A stretch of 64,000 bases of DNA, taken from positions 33,046,001-33,110,000 of the forward strand of contig OX442314.1 in assembly GCA_949358305.1 (NCBI GenBank), in the 5' to 3' direction. The first letter of the stretch is position 1; each line of letters begins with the position of its first letter. The stretch comes from Strigamia acuminata. Taxonomy: Eukaryota. Below, piece after piece: positions 1 through 11,381 of this stretch. Position numbers and translations under genes: made by a program. The notes below the pieces were generated by a model that was not told the DNA's origin, searched no databases, and saw only the letters and a list, made by a program, of their open reading frames with translations.

Positions 1-2
1 GA

Positions 3-2645
3 ATGGTGAACTTTTTTCACCGATTACTCAAGAATCTAGCAGTCATGACAGAACCTCTACGTCCTTTACTCAAAAAGGATGTGGAATTTATTTGGTCAGA
101 AATTCACCAAGAAGCTTTTGATCAAATAAAAGATGCTTTAACGAACGCAGAAACAATGGCCATGCCTGATTTGACAGAACCATTCATTGTGCATACTGAC
201 GCTAGTCGAAAAGGATTAGGCGCCGCGCTTATGCAAATGAGAGAAATCGATGATCAAAATATCGAAGTGCCTTGTGTTTATGCCAGCAGAAGTTTGCAAC
301 CTGCTGAGATAAATTACAGCGCCACAGAATTGGAGTGCCTAGCGGTAATCTGGGCATTACGTAAATTTCGACATTATTTGGAATTTACCACATTTATAGT
401 AAGGACTGACCATCAAGCATTAAAATGGTTGATGCAGTTAGACGAACCTGCCGGAAGGCTAGCACGTTGGCAAATGGAGCTGATGCGCTATTCTTTCGAA
501 ATACAATATATTAAAGGTCCACTAAATGTTTTAGCGGATACTTTATCCAGATCACCGATTGACAAACCGGAAAATCCTGAAGATGATGGAGATAATGATG
601 AATTATTATCTTACTGTCCATCACCGCAACGAAATTGGAAAATGGGAAAATTTCATGAGCTTCCTGTATCCGCACTAGAGGAAAAGGAAGATCACGAATT
701 CATCAACTATTGGACTAAAATTTATGACCCCTCTGAGGAATCAGATGACGTCATAAGAGCGCAAATTTCAAGGAAATTTCAAATTCCTTCGTCAAATGTC
801 TTAATAAAAGCATTTGTCGCCAAAATTGTAGAGCGTCTTGATTGTGAACCTCCCACAAGGAAAGACATAATTAAGGCCCAAAAAGAAGATAAAGTGTGCC
901 AATTGATGCGTAATTTTTTAAATTGTAATCAATTTCCGCCTGACGTCACAACGCGACTCCAGAGGAAACAATATAGAAAACACGCAACCACCTTCTTAAT
1001 TGAAGATGACTTATTAATGCAATTTCATCCCACAATGTCTGATGAATTGGGGGAGGATGGGAGAGCACTCAAAGTTTTTGTACCTCAGACATTGAAGTAT
1101 AAAATTATTTGGCTAATGCATGGCCACCCACTTTCTGGCCACCCAGGAATTGCAAGGACTCTTTATCGAGCACGCCGAATTTATACCTGGAAAGGCATGA
1201 AATCGGACATTACGAGATTCATTCGACATTGCGAGCGTTGTCAAGCTTGCAAACCTCGAACGAAAGGACAAATTGAAGCAGCGCAAATGGGTCCTTACAG
1301 CCCATTTGACTGCCTAAGTGTTGATTTGACCGGCCCGAAACCTCGGACGCGCAAAAACAACACACATATTTTAGTCATACTTGACGTGGCAACTCATTGG
1401 CCAGAATTATATCCAATGTGTAACCCCACTGCAGGAAAAGTAGCAAATTGCATTTATCACCTTTCCATGAGCATGGGATTCCCTCAAAAAATTATTTCTG
1501 ATAACGGCCCGCAATTTCGTGCCCAAGTCTTTAAAAAATTTTGTGAAAAGTTCAAGATGGTTCCAACACCAACTTCAACGTATCACCCACAGGCTAACCC
1601 GGTTGAAAGGGTTAACCGTGACATCAAATATCTTGTTGCAATTTATTCATCTGTTCATTCCAAATGGGACGAATATTTGCGTGAATTTGCATTTAGTTTG
1701 AGAACTACGGTGACGAGAGGAAGAGACTTCTCTCCCGCATTTCTTAACTTTTTTCGCGAACTCAGAGTACCTTGGGATCCAAGAATACCTGAAGGAATTT
1801 TGGTCGTAGATCCAAAAAACCCACATTTATACGTGCAAAAATTAGAAGCCGTTATCGCCGAAACATATCAGCACATGATGTCACATGTGTTAGATTTGCG
1901 TAGACGAGTGAATCTTAAAAAAAAAGGTGAGAAGTTCTCCAATTTTAAATTAAACGATTTAGTTTGGAGAGATTCTCATGTTTTGTCGAGCGCTGCCCGC
2001 GGCATTGCAGCCGGCATCGCTGATAAACGAACAGGACCTTATGTAATAACCAAAGTATTACAGAGAGGTTCAGTAGAATTGAGAAAGCTAGAAAATAACG
2101 AAATATTTCCAGCTGTCCATTCGTCGGAATTAACTCCGTATTTCCCGAGTTTCGATCAGGAAGTATGGCTCGAAGGCGAAGAAGTCGGTCAAAAGACTGA
2201 AAATATAATTAATACGTTAGATGACGATGAATTAAAGAAAATACCAGTCGATAATTCATCTAATCGCCCCCTGGAGTCCGATTTCGCACACAACGACGTT
2301 GAGCTCCGAGACAGTTTCAAAAAACTTGAAATTGCTAAAAAATTAAATAAAAAGGTGTTTTTAGAAAAGAAACAAAAAACATCTGAAAGAAAAGACTCAT
2401 CTGACTCAGTCTCCGATGACAATGAAAACGGCGATTTAAATACAATAAATCCCTCGCCGACAAAGAGATATAATCTTCGGACTCGTAAACCGAGAGGAAA
2501 GAACAACATGTGTCTTCTCCCCTCACTAACCTCGAGATCCAGGGATCAGCCTTATGACGTCAGGAGCAATTCCTCGAGTCCTAAGGTAACCAATCAACCA
2601 ATGAGATTGGATGACGTCGCTAACAGCGACGTTACCCAAACGTAA
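3..2645 (+). CDS. pol: Gypsy Pol, partial (RT C-terminus, RNase H, integrase)
   Basis: RNase H motifs HTDAS, YASRSL, YSATELECLAV, TDHQAL; integrase H..GHPG..CERCQ, VDLTGP, SDNGPQF, NPVER; GPY module. Confidence 0.96.
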   Translation: MVNFFHRLLKNLAVMTEPLRPLLKKDVEFIWSEIHQEAFDQIKDALTNAETMAMPDLTEPFIVHTDASRKGLGAALMQMREIDDQNIEVPCVYASRSLQPAEINYSATELECLAVIWALRKFRHYLEFTTFIVRTDHQALKWLMQLDEPAGRLARWQMELMRYSFEIQYIKGPLNVLADTLSRSPIDKPENPEDDGDNDELLSYCPSPQRNWKMGKFHELPVSALEEKEDHEFINYWTKIYDPSEESDDVIRAQISRKFQIPSSNVLIKAFVAKIVERLDCEPPTRKDIIKAQKEDKVCQLMRNFLNCNQFPPDVTTRLQRKQYRKHATTFLIEDDLLMQFHPTMSDELGEDGRALKVFVPQTLKYKIIWLMHGHPLSGHPGIARTLYRARRIYTWKGMKSDITRFIRHCERCQACKPRTKGQIEAAQMGPYSPFDCLSVDLTGPKPRTRKNNTHILVILDVATHWPELYPMCNPTAGKVANCIYHLSMSMGFPQKIISDNGPQFRAQVFKKFCEKFKMVPTPTSTYHPQANPVERVNRDIKYLVAIYSSVHSKWDEYLREFAFSLRTTVTRGRDFSPAFLNFFRELRVPWDPRIPEGILVVDPKNPHLYVQKLEAVIAETYQHMMSHVLDLRRRVNLKKKGEKFSNFKLNDLVWRDSHVLSSAARGIAAGIADKRTGPYVITKVLQRGSVELRKLENNEIFPAVHSSELTPYFPSFDQEVWLEGEEVGQKTENIINTLDDDELKKIPVDNSSNRPLESDFAHNDVELRDSFKKLEIAKKLNKKVFLEKKQKTSERKDSSDSVSDDNENGDLNTINPSPTKRYNLRTRKPRGKNNMCLLPSLTSRSRDQPYDVRSNSSSPKVTNQPMRLDDVANSDVTQT

Positions 2646-2687
2646 CTTCCGGTATTTAAACTGATCACTTCGCGTCTGAGTTCACTT
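2555..2687 (+). promoter_or_regulatory. Putative internal Pol II promoter of the Gypsy-1 accessory gene
   Basis: CRE TGACGTCA 2555 and TGACGTC 2612; CCAAT 2590 and 2598, ATTGG 2606; ETS-like ACTTCCGG 2645; TATTTAAA 2653; Inr-like TCACTT 2682, with its A 31 nt from the TATA T. Confidence 0.65.
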
Positions 2688-2855
2688 CGATCTCACACGT
2701 GTGTTAAGTGCTCATCTCCAAAAAACCAAAAACGAAACAATCGGATTATTTCAACGAGATTCTTCAATTGTAAGTAGTTTTTTCTTTGGAATTTTCCAAG
2801 GAAAAACTAATAAATTAATTTTCGTTTTTCTTTTCCATTTGGATTAGTCGTTCAA

Positions 2856-5697
2856 ATGGAAGAAGAGGAACCGAAAGAAGGAAGCGAAGCCGGCGCCAAC
2901 AGCCTCGAATTAGAAACAAATTCGACGTTGCTTGGTTCCGCAAACACCTCGAATGCATCCGTGGATGTCACCGAAGAGTCCGCCGAAGCGTCCGCCGAAG
3001 CTCAAGCCGCTCTGGCCGACGCTGCTGCCCGTTTGCCGGTCACGCCGCCCCGACCCCGCCTACGAGGAGGTCTCTTCGCCGATCCGAACGGCGAAACACG
3101 TGCACAGAGGCACGAACGGGTAAATAATTTAAAATAAAATTACCTTTCAGTCATGAAAAGTAATTAAAAGTGCATTTTCACTCGGAAAAAGCGAAAAGTT
3201 CGTTGGTAACGTCTTCGCAAGAAGGCGCCGCCATTTTTATCATCAGATGGCGCTGTGTCTCGTTTTTGAGGCGTTGCTACGGTAACGCTCCAACTTTGAA
3301 ACATAGCCATCGGGAACACCGTTTTTACACGATTTTTCAAATATTTTGAAAGATTAATAATTATAAACTGTTGAATGAAATCCTACTTGTGATTTTATTC
3401 GCTGAAAAACTCGAAAATAATTAATTTACACGAAAAAATGAATTTTAATTATTTCTTCGAATATTTTACAGATTATCAAGCTTCGGGAGACACATCTCGA
3501 GTTACATCCCGATGTGCCAACCGACCCTGGAATCTGGCGACATGCATTGCCACCAGAAATCATCAAGTCCAAGGGGAGATTGACGTTTTGGGCAGCTCGT
3601 CACAAGTTTTCCAAGGCGCTCAACAAGCGATGGGGCACGAAGCATCGGATTGCCCATCTAATTGAAGATTTTGGCCATCGCGACGCCCTCGAATGGGCCA
3701 TGAAGCGCGACACCCAAGGCCCACTACGGAACGTGTTGCTCGACTTCGCCTTCATAGTGATCGCTCAAGCGACGCGAGATCACCGCCGTTTCTTCAACGC
3801 TCCTGCGTGGGAGCGTCGACAGATTTTGGAGGACATCTTCCAACGTCTGGACCAAACAAAGGCCGAAATCGTGCGCCTTTACAACGAATCTTTCCGGCCA
3901 ACCACGGATGGAAAGAAACGTTGGGTACCGACAAGCCAGTCGGACATGCATCAACTCGCAATGGGCGGATGTTTGCGAAAAGATTTCGTGCCGAACCCGT
4001 ATCCAGAGCCTGAGCCCCGGATGCAGGTCGCTTCCACCATCCACGTGGCGCCACCGCGTTCCACGTCGAGGTCACGATCATCGAGGTCGCCCTACAGTGG
4101 CCGTCGCTCCTCCCCAACACAGTCGTCGGGGGAAGGCGCCATTGGAGGGTTACCTCCACTTCAGAAGACTCGTCATCGTTCACACCACCGACGCGAGTCG
4201 ACGCCGCCAAAAAGACATTCGAAGTCCGTGTCGAGACCCACATCCCGAAGCCGACCTCGAGTGCAATCGCGCCAATCTTCCGCGAGGAGTTCCATCTCGT
4301 CGCGTGAGGGAAAATCCAACGCTTCACAGCTGAGCGCTTCCACCTCCTCCTGCCAGATTGACTGGTCGGACGAGATCGAGAAGGAAGATCGTCGCATCGC
4401 CGCATTGCTAGCCGGTCAAGGAGACGTCAACGCTTCTTTACCGTTCGCTTGCCGTCCAGTCACCAGCGACATGCGACCAGACCCATCGGTGCCCGTGCCA
4501 CAAGTGACGACGGTCATTCGATTTGAGGGATCCCACACCTCTCCGGAGCCATTTCCAGCACAGGAGTGCGCTGATCTCTGGAGGCGATTCTCATCGTTTC
4601 CTGAGACAGCCCAGGCGATGTACCTCGCGAATCTAGACGCCTATCAACACGCTCAGATTCGCGAAGGTGAGAAGGGATGGCAGTGGCTTGCCCGAGAATT
4701 GGAGTCGTGCAAGTCCGACAAACAACTGCAACGAAAGTTGCAGAAGATGCACAGGAAGCTATCGGAGGGACTTCTTAGAATCCTGTTCCAAAGAGTCTTC
4801 CCTGACCTACGGATGGCTCTGGCGGCCGCCACTCGATTGTGGACCGTGCCGTTAGGGCTTCCACGAGCCTTGCTAGACGATTGGGAGTCAGTTCGCCCCG
4901 ATCCTCCAACAATGCTCGCCGAATTAACGCACCAAGCCGAGGCGACTGGCGAAACTCCGGCTGGATCCGCCATTCGACTACGGCAAGAATGGGCTACGCT
5001 GAAACAGCAGCGCGCAACGGAACGAGCAACCGCCCGTCCCGCTGGCGCACCACCGTCATCCGCAGCTCCACTCCACGCTGCCAGCACGGCAACGTCGAGT
5101 GTTTCCCGTGCAACCGAGGCACCTAGTTGCAACATCTCGTCTCCAATGGAATGGCTCGACAGCGACGATCGCGAGTTCGTCGTGCCCGTGGCCAGCAGTG
5201 CCAGACCAAAGACGCGCGCCCCGGCTTCGCGCAGATCCAGATCCCTCTCGATCTGCAAAAAGTCGCCGCCGCCACCGCCACCGCCAAAGGATTCGCCACC
5301 ACGAGATAGGGGATCAAATATGGCCACCTACCTCACCGCCTATCAACGTTTGCGCTCATTATACGCCTTTTGCTACATAACGAGCGCGACGAAAACGATT
5401 CTCCAGAACAGCGAGGATTTATGCAACCGAGTCCTCGCGTGGCTGGAGAACCACATCAAGGAACAACAGCCGTGGATCTTGCATCAACGCCTGGTGTTCG
5501 CCCGAATTACGCCTCAAGACCCGCAGGAGTATTTCGAGATGGGTTTCGGACGAAGGGATGATGTAGACCGCATAAAACAAGTGTGGCTCCACATCAACCC
5601 TGGCTTCCAGTCAGGACCGAACGCCGGCCGATCTTTGTGCACCGTCACAGAGCACAAAGATCCAAACGACCATTCAACGGACATGCTGCCTAAATAA
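2856..5697 (+). CDS. Spliced Gypsy-1 accessory protein, 829 aa (exons 2856-3119, 3472-5697); acidic N-terminus, Arg/Ser- and Pro-rich; unknown function, not env-like
   Basis: Donor CGG|GTAAAT (3120) and acceptor TTTTACAG|ATT (3471) are both phase 0 and join the 93-aa and 727-aa ORFs in frame; AT-rich intron; also a 5' UTR intron 2770-2847 (GTAAGT...TAG). Confidence 0.8.
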
Positions 5698-5869
5698 TTA
5701 GGGAACATGCCCATTCATTAAAAATAATTCCTTTTTTATTTTGTTTTACTGTAATAAAAAAGAATAAATATCCTGTTCCATTTTTACTTTGAAACCTTGT
5801 GTATTTATTCCTATACTTACCTGTCTCTTTTTGGAAAAGAATAAGATTCTTTCTTAAAAGAGGGGGAAG

Positions 5870-6852
5870 TGTGGTGACCTCAAATATTCGTATCTGAGTG
5901 CTCACCATATTTCCAAATTGTCTTATGATCATATCAAACATTCCTATATGTTTTGTTTCAATGTAAATTGAAATAAAACATACATTAATAAAATATAAAA
6001 CAAGACACAATATTACCCAAATAATATTGTGTTTTGCAGCAAGTTTTGGCCCAGCAACAGCGTCAACCAATCACGCTGCGGCGTGCATTGCTTTGATGAT
6101 GCTGCTAGGCGTGAGCCTGGGCGGAGCATCCCCTCCTCTCACGCGTGCCTGGCTCAATTGTTGCACACGACCCGAAGGCGGCCGTGTGTGATCTTTGTGC
6201 AACTCGTCATCTGCGCAGCTTTACTGAGCAGATTTAGGAGTGAGCCAAACGGTTTTGGCCCACTCTTCCCGCATTCTTGATTCTGCCTCCAAACTGTTCA
6301 CAACCGTGTCAAACTTATGCCAAAAACTGCTAAGTGTGATCTGTGATATTGGACAAATTGAGTTTCATTGCTGGTCTGTACCCATTGTACGGAATAGCGC
6401 TTTCATTGCTTGAATTACTAGGCGTAATTTAAGCCATTTCTGTGTGGAATTGACATAGAGCTTGCTCTGTCAATTTGTAGTTCTTTGTGTCGAGCTTGCT
6501 CCACAAAGGAATCTGTGTGTTAAGACGGATTGTTACGTCGAGCTTGCTCCGTAATAATCACTTTCACTGTGTGTGAGAAGTATTCTCGTGTCGAGCGTGC
6601 TCCACGAGGGTTTTAGTATATCTAGCAACGTATTTTAGCGTCGAGTTTACTCCGTTAAAATCCCGCGCTCACACGACGCCATCGACGCCATCTTGGAGCC
6701 AACGGTCAACTGTGAGTGTACATTTGAAGAAGAAGCCAGATCGACCCCAAACATTTTAAATAATACCTCCTGTGTATTTTGAACAATTAAAACTATCTAA
6801 TTTTTCCTTTACTCTGTGTAAAATCATTCCCCTAGACAAACATTTGGCCACA
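5870..6852 (+). repeat. 3' LTR of Gypsy-1 (about 983 bp)
   Basis: Starts TGTGG right after the PPT; CCAAT at 6067 and GC box near 6119. The 3' end is inferred from terminal CCACA only, since the partner LTR is outside the window. Confidence 0.7.
6363..6661 (+). promoter_or_regulatory. Array of RNA hairpins in the Gypsy-1 LTR (five bulged GAG-NNNN-CTC hairpins plus two upstream hairpins)
   Basis: Five stems with different sequences share one apical motif; within the listed stems the only non-Watson-Crick pairs are G-U on the + strand. Confidence 0.8.
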
Positions 6853-7149
6853 GAGTAGAAGTCCTGTACGGCATCTCACCGACGATTGCTTGATAAGTTT
6901 ACTCAATTTATTAAGTAAAAACCCGGATCGCCGCACTTTGAGGCACTAAACAGTCAGTCCAGATCTTTGACAAGTGGTCGATGGTGCGATGAGTCGCCAT
7001 TGAACTTGGTCATTTCAACCGTTTAGCAATTCTCTTCTTGGATAGGTTCCTACTTCCGATAGATTTCGAACAGAATAGATTCTCTCTTTACACAGACTCC
7101 ATTTAGAATAACTAGCTATCTCCTCACATGTAACAGGTTTCGAATAGTC

Positions 7150-7790
7150 CTTGTCCTCAATATGAGATCACAGATGTGGCCAAGTTGCGTTCCAAACTAT
7201 TTCCTTCTTGGCACTTGTGTCCATCGCTACAGGTCAATTTTACATGTGAGAGCATTCTCTTTTTTCTGAAATAAGCATTCGTCATTGCAGTTTTCAATGC
7301 CAGTCACGCTGTTTCGAACACGACGTTACACACCCCTTAGAAAGACCCTCCTTCTTAGCGTTTGGGCGGGCTTTCCCGGGGTGCCCAACGCATTCACATC
7401 GATCTTCTCTACAGGGAACATCTCCTAGAGATTTTGGGTTTCCATAGCACAAATTATTCTTCTTTGGTCTTCATCCATGCCGTGTCTTTGGTTCTACAGA
7501 TAGAAAACTCTCTCCTCTTTACTGAAAAGACCTCTTAGAAAGCTCCCTTCATTTCAAGATAGTTTACACACGGGTTGGGCTTCCCCGAGGAACCCGGTGT
7601 CTTCTTCACTCAGTCTGAAATTTTCTCTCTCTTATAGCTTGTCGGTCTTCGAGTTTTTCTATCTCTGAAAGATCCGAATTGGTCTGTATACCAATATCTC
7701 AGGCTTACATCTCAGTCAGGTGTTCTTCTTTGTAATAGCAATCTCGTTCAAAATAATCCCACTTGTCTGCAGTACATAGCGGTTTTTTTT
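7150..7790 (-). pseudogene. Possible heavily degraded retrotransposon gag/protease remnant
   Basis: Minus strand gives a frameshifted knuckle-like YCRQVG..FERDC near 7740-7780 and VAMDTSA (protease-like) near 7215-7232; many stops. Confidence 0.3.
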
Positions 7791-10452
7791 TCACTTAGTG
7801 ACAGGACAGGACAGAAGCAGTAGAAATAGATTTTGCTCCCCACCCTCCCACCCCATTTTCTTTTGGCGGGAGGGATTATTGAATAATAATAATCTAGACA
7901 GGTGTATAGAAATGATCAAATTCACCTTGGTCCCCTCTTCCTGCGACACAACAGAGTGCACGCCGTTGTGTGGCCGTTGGGTGGATGGGTGGTTTTCTTA
8001 TCTTTTTGAATTCTCTTAGCGACGGCATTCTATCCGGGTTGCGGATTCAAGCCCCACTCCGTGAGTTAGGGTACTTGCTGGTCCATGATCCGGCAAAAGT
8101 CCTTTGCCTTAACTTCAATCTTTCAGATAGCCTTTCTTTTCTTAGTTCTTGATGCACGCCCCTTCCTGTGTTTTGGGGTTTTTAGCTGGACAGTGGTCCA
8201 CATTACCAAAGAAATTCTCCTTTTTCTTGTATTTTACGATAGTTCCTAGTCTTGCTCTTGTGTAAGAAGGACGGGATACAGATTCCTTGCTCTCCTTCAT
8301 AATCGATATTATTTGTTGGCCCGTCCACCAAGGAGATGGGTCAAGTCGAGAGGTAGCCTGACCGCTATCACCTTTGGAGCTGCACAGCTCGATACGCACA
8401 ACAAGTGCTTGGCATCTTTAGCCTGCTTAAAGAGTTCGGGGTCCTTCCTTTTGCCTTGCTCAAACCCACATTACATCTTGAACTAACCACTACGATGAGT
8501 ACTAAAGACTTTGTGATGTCTCTGCGATCTACTCTCTGGAAAAATGGCTGTTGATATTTGAGTTTGCCCATTTGTTAATCTGTCACAAGTTTGATTTAAT
8601 GTAACATGCGTACATACTTTTATGTTATGTGTGTTGACTTATCGGTGGTTCATTGTGTGGTCGGTCACGTGTTTTTCTGTAAATGTGATGATATGTGCGC
8701 GGATTTGATCAGTTATTATATAATGTTTAGCAATTACCATCCAGCTTGAAAACGTATCTTAATATGATATTTGTTAGCTTGTGTATTGTTGTTTTGCACA
8801 CATGATGAGGTTAGAAGTGTTTGCAATTGATAAAATTATCAAATGCATAAGGCTGTATTATTATTTAGTCCTTTCTGGTTTATTTACTTTTTTTGTATGA
8901 TTGTAAAGAACAAATCAATAACAAGTGTCTTGATTTGTTCTAACCTTATATTTATTATGTATGAGATTTGAACTTACATTAGGTTTCAAATCACATGTTT
9001 TTATGCTGCTTTGGAAATAAAGCAAGATGGCCGCACGTTGCGAGTTTGCCAGCCATTTCAAAATGGTTTCATATTATTTCCGACCCGTATATTCCTTTAA
9101 TGGCGCCCACCATGATTAAAGCAACCATCCATGGCAGATGAATTCTCACGCATGGACGTAAAATCGGATTCAGACTCGGATACGGATTCAGATTCGTCAG
9201 GCACATCGATGAAACTATGACATTTATGATAAAACACCAAAGGACGATGATGTCGAGCAAATTCCGGAAGTGGATCTAGACGAGTTATTGAGTATCGAGC
9301 GCCCATATACGAAACGCCTCGAGAAGTTTCAACATATTAAGACATTGGATCCAGGTCACCGGAAAATCGCAAAAATGATGAAACGTCAAGAGCGTCGAAA
9401 AGCGAGTAGACAGAGAAAACGCCAAGAACGCGGAATGGAGAAAGCTAACAACACAGAAAAAGGCCAACAAAAAATGCAGCAGGAGGCAGAACGGTCTATT
9501 CGCAGAAACGCCCGACGTATTAAAGAGATTACCGATGAGCGGAAAAATTTAATACGGGGAGTCAAACCACATAGTCCAAAAGGCACAGAAGGCAGAGGAC
9601 TATTATTGAAGAAGCTACATAAGCCAATATGTGTTTTGAGAGCTTTGCTTTACAGCAAAGCCCAACTGTTGCCCCTTAATTTATTTGTATTTCTTTATTT
9701 TTGGGCTCAGTTTTAAACAATCCTTTTACTTGAAATGCCTATTGTTTTGAGCACGTGGGATTTTCTGCTCAGTTCTTGTTTATGTTTGGTTCATTAAACA
9801 CGTAAGTGTTTTTCTCTCGTTTTTCAATGCGTCTGCTTGGCCATTTGTTTTAGGCCTAGCTCTTGTAGGAAATCATGAATATGTTAGTCAAATGGTTTAC
9901 AGTCAGTAGGGTTTTAATGCGCATGTTTCAGGTTTAGTGCACGAATACATTGTGTATTCATGGCTTTCATGAGTTGTGTACTTTCTCCAATTCAAAGTAT
10001 ATGAGTCCGTCAATATTGGAGTTAGCGCAGTCTGCTGGCACTGTTATATATCGATAGGTGTTCAGTAATTACTAGAATATTAAGAGTTGTTTGGGCAAAA
10101 TGGTTCTTAGGTTGTTATTCAAGTTGATAACATGTATTCCGTATTTGTAATTGCTTTCCTCTGTTAATAATTGTATTTCAGTTGAGTCAATGTACTTAAT
10201 TATGTGCTCTGTTTACATGTATGATTTATTCTGAAGATTTGTGCTGATTTGTGTAATCACATGTAGTTTTGAGTCATGTGACCAGTTTTTTAGTCACTTG
10301 ACAAAGTTTTTCCACCATGAATAAACATGGCTGCTCAATTGGAGCAATTTTCTGCCAAAGCCAAAATATAGGACTCACCAGTGTTATTTCCACAAAAATC
10401 ATTAGCTCTCAACATGAGCATGCAGACCCACAATCTGCACGGGAACCTGAGA

Positions 10453-11379
10453 TGTTTCGTCAAGGACACAGCTCGAGATCGAGTCGCTCTACAAGAAGTG
10501 TCCTAAAGGTTCGAGCGGCCGTGTGGTCACGCTATAAGTCGAGTGGTGGTCGCCTGTGCAGTAAGCTGGAACGTCAGCCATCATCTGCGAGCGGTCAACC
10601 GCGTCGACGACAGCTTGACCTGCGACTGGACGACGCCAAGCTGCTTTTCAACGCGTCGCAGTGTGCGAGGACGATTCTGTTCAACACAACGCAATGATCT
10701 CTCCTTTTTTGTTGACATTTTTCTTGTTTATTTAAGCAATTTTGAGTGTATTTATTTCTGTTTTATTGAATTTAGACGGGTCAGTTCTGATGTGAACTGT
10801 GTGACAGCTCGGTGGATGCTTGGTCAAGGTTTTTGGGTTTTTTTGCAAGGCGGTGTCGCTCTCTTTTGCCTGCTTTCGAGTGTGGCAGAGGAGTGGTCCG
10901 CCGTCTCTCCTCCGCATTTGGTCGGCTCGCCTCTCGAGTCGGTTTGGAGAGTGGGTGCGAGACGCTGCGCCTCGTTTGACCGTTGCATTCGTCCGCGTGT
11001 TGTTCAGTGTGCTGACCGTATAAGAGCATATGAATTGTCTCGACATTAGGAATTTCATCTTTTCTTGTTGTGAGGGTCGTTTTCACGCTCGTACAGCGAA
11101 AGACTCCTTGAGTCCGCCATAGGCGCCAGTCACAGCTTCTTTTGAGTGGGTTTTCTTTGCTGTTTGTCGCTCCGCAATAGGAGCACAGGCCAATTGCGCC
11201 ACTTAGAGTTGTATTTGACCAAACACACATGTCACTGGTTGCCGAACGCAACGGTACGAGCAGGAAAGCAGCCCTATTTTCTGGTTTTTGGTTGGGGTTT
11301 ATACAGAAGTTTAAGTGAACTTAGAGTTCGGATTTGGTGGTGACCCATCAGAGCGTCCTTCCCCCGAGCTTTGACAACA
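10453..11379 (+). repeat. Possible solo LTR
   Basis: Ends TGTTTCGTCAAG...CTTTGACAACA form an imperfect inverted repeat around a GC-rich non-coding block; no TSD found. Confidence 0.3.
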
Positions 11380-11381
11380 CA

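Larger units (their letters stand above)
1..6852 (+). mobile_element. Ty3/Gypsy LTR retrotransposon 1 (5' part outside window): pol end, accessory gene, PPT, 3' LTR
   Basis: RT-connection, RNase H, integrase order; PPT AAAAGAGGGGGAAG (5856-5869) directly followed by TGTGG; matching CCACA ends at 6852. Confidence 0.9.

Noticed and set aside
3472..5697. env as the identity of the Gypsy third ORFs (also 61416-62690)
   Set aside because: No signal peptide, fusion-peptide pattern or C-terminal TM visible in either.
5813..5823. ATACTTACCTG equals the 5' end of U1 snRNA
   Set aside because: No further U1 sequence follows; it is simply the complement of a consensus splice donor.
6448..6661. CRISPR-like repeat-spacer pattern (GTCGAGCTTGCTCC about every 50 bp)
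   Set aside because: Repeats are too short, the spacers are the self-complementary stems of each hairpin, there are no cas genes and the context is a eukaryotic LTR.
9131..9716. Acidic then basic, frameshifted ORF
   Set aside because: No recognisable family and a broken frame; cannot be supported as a gene.
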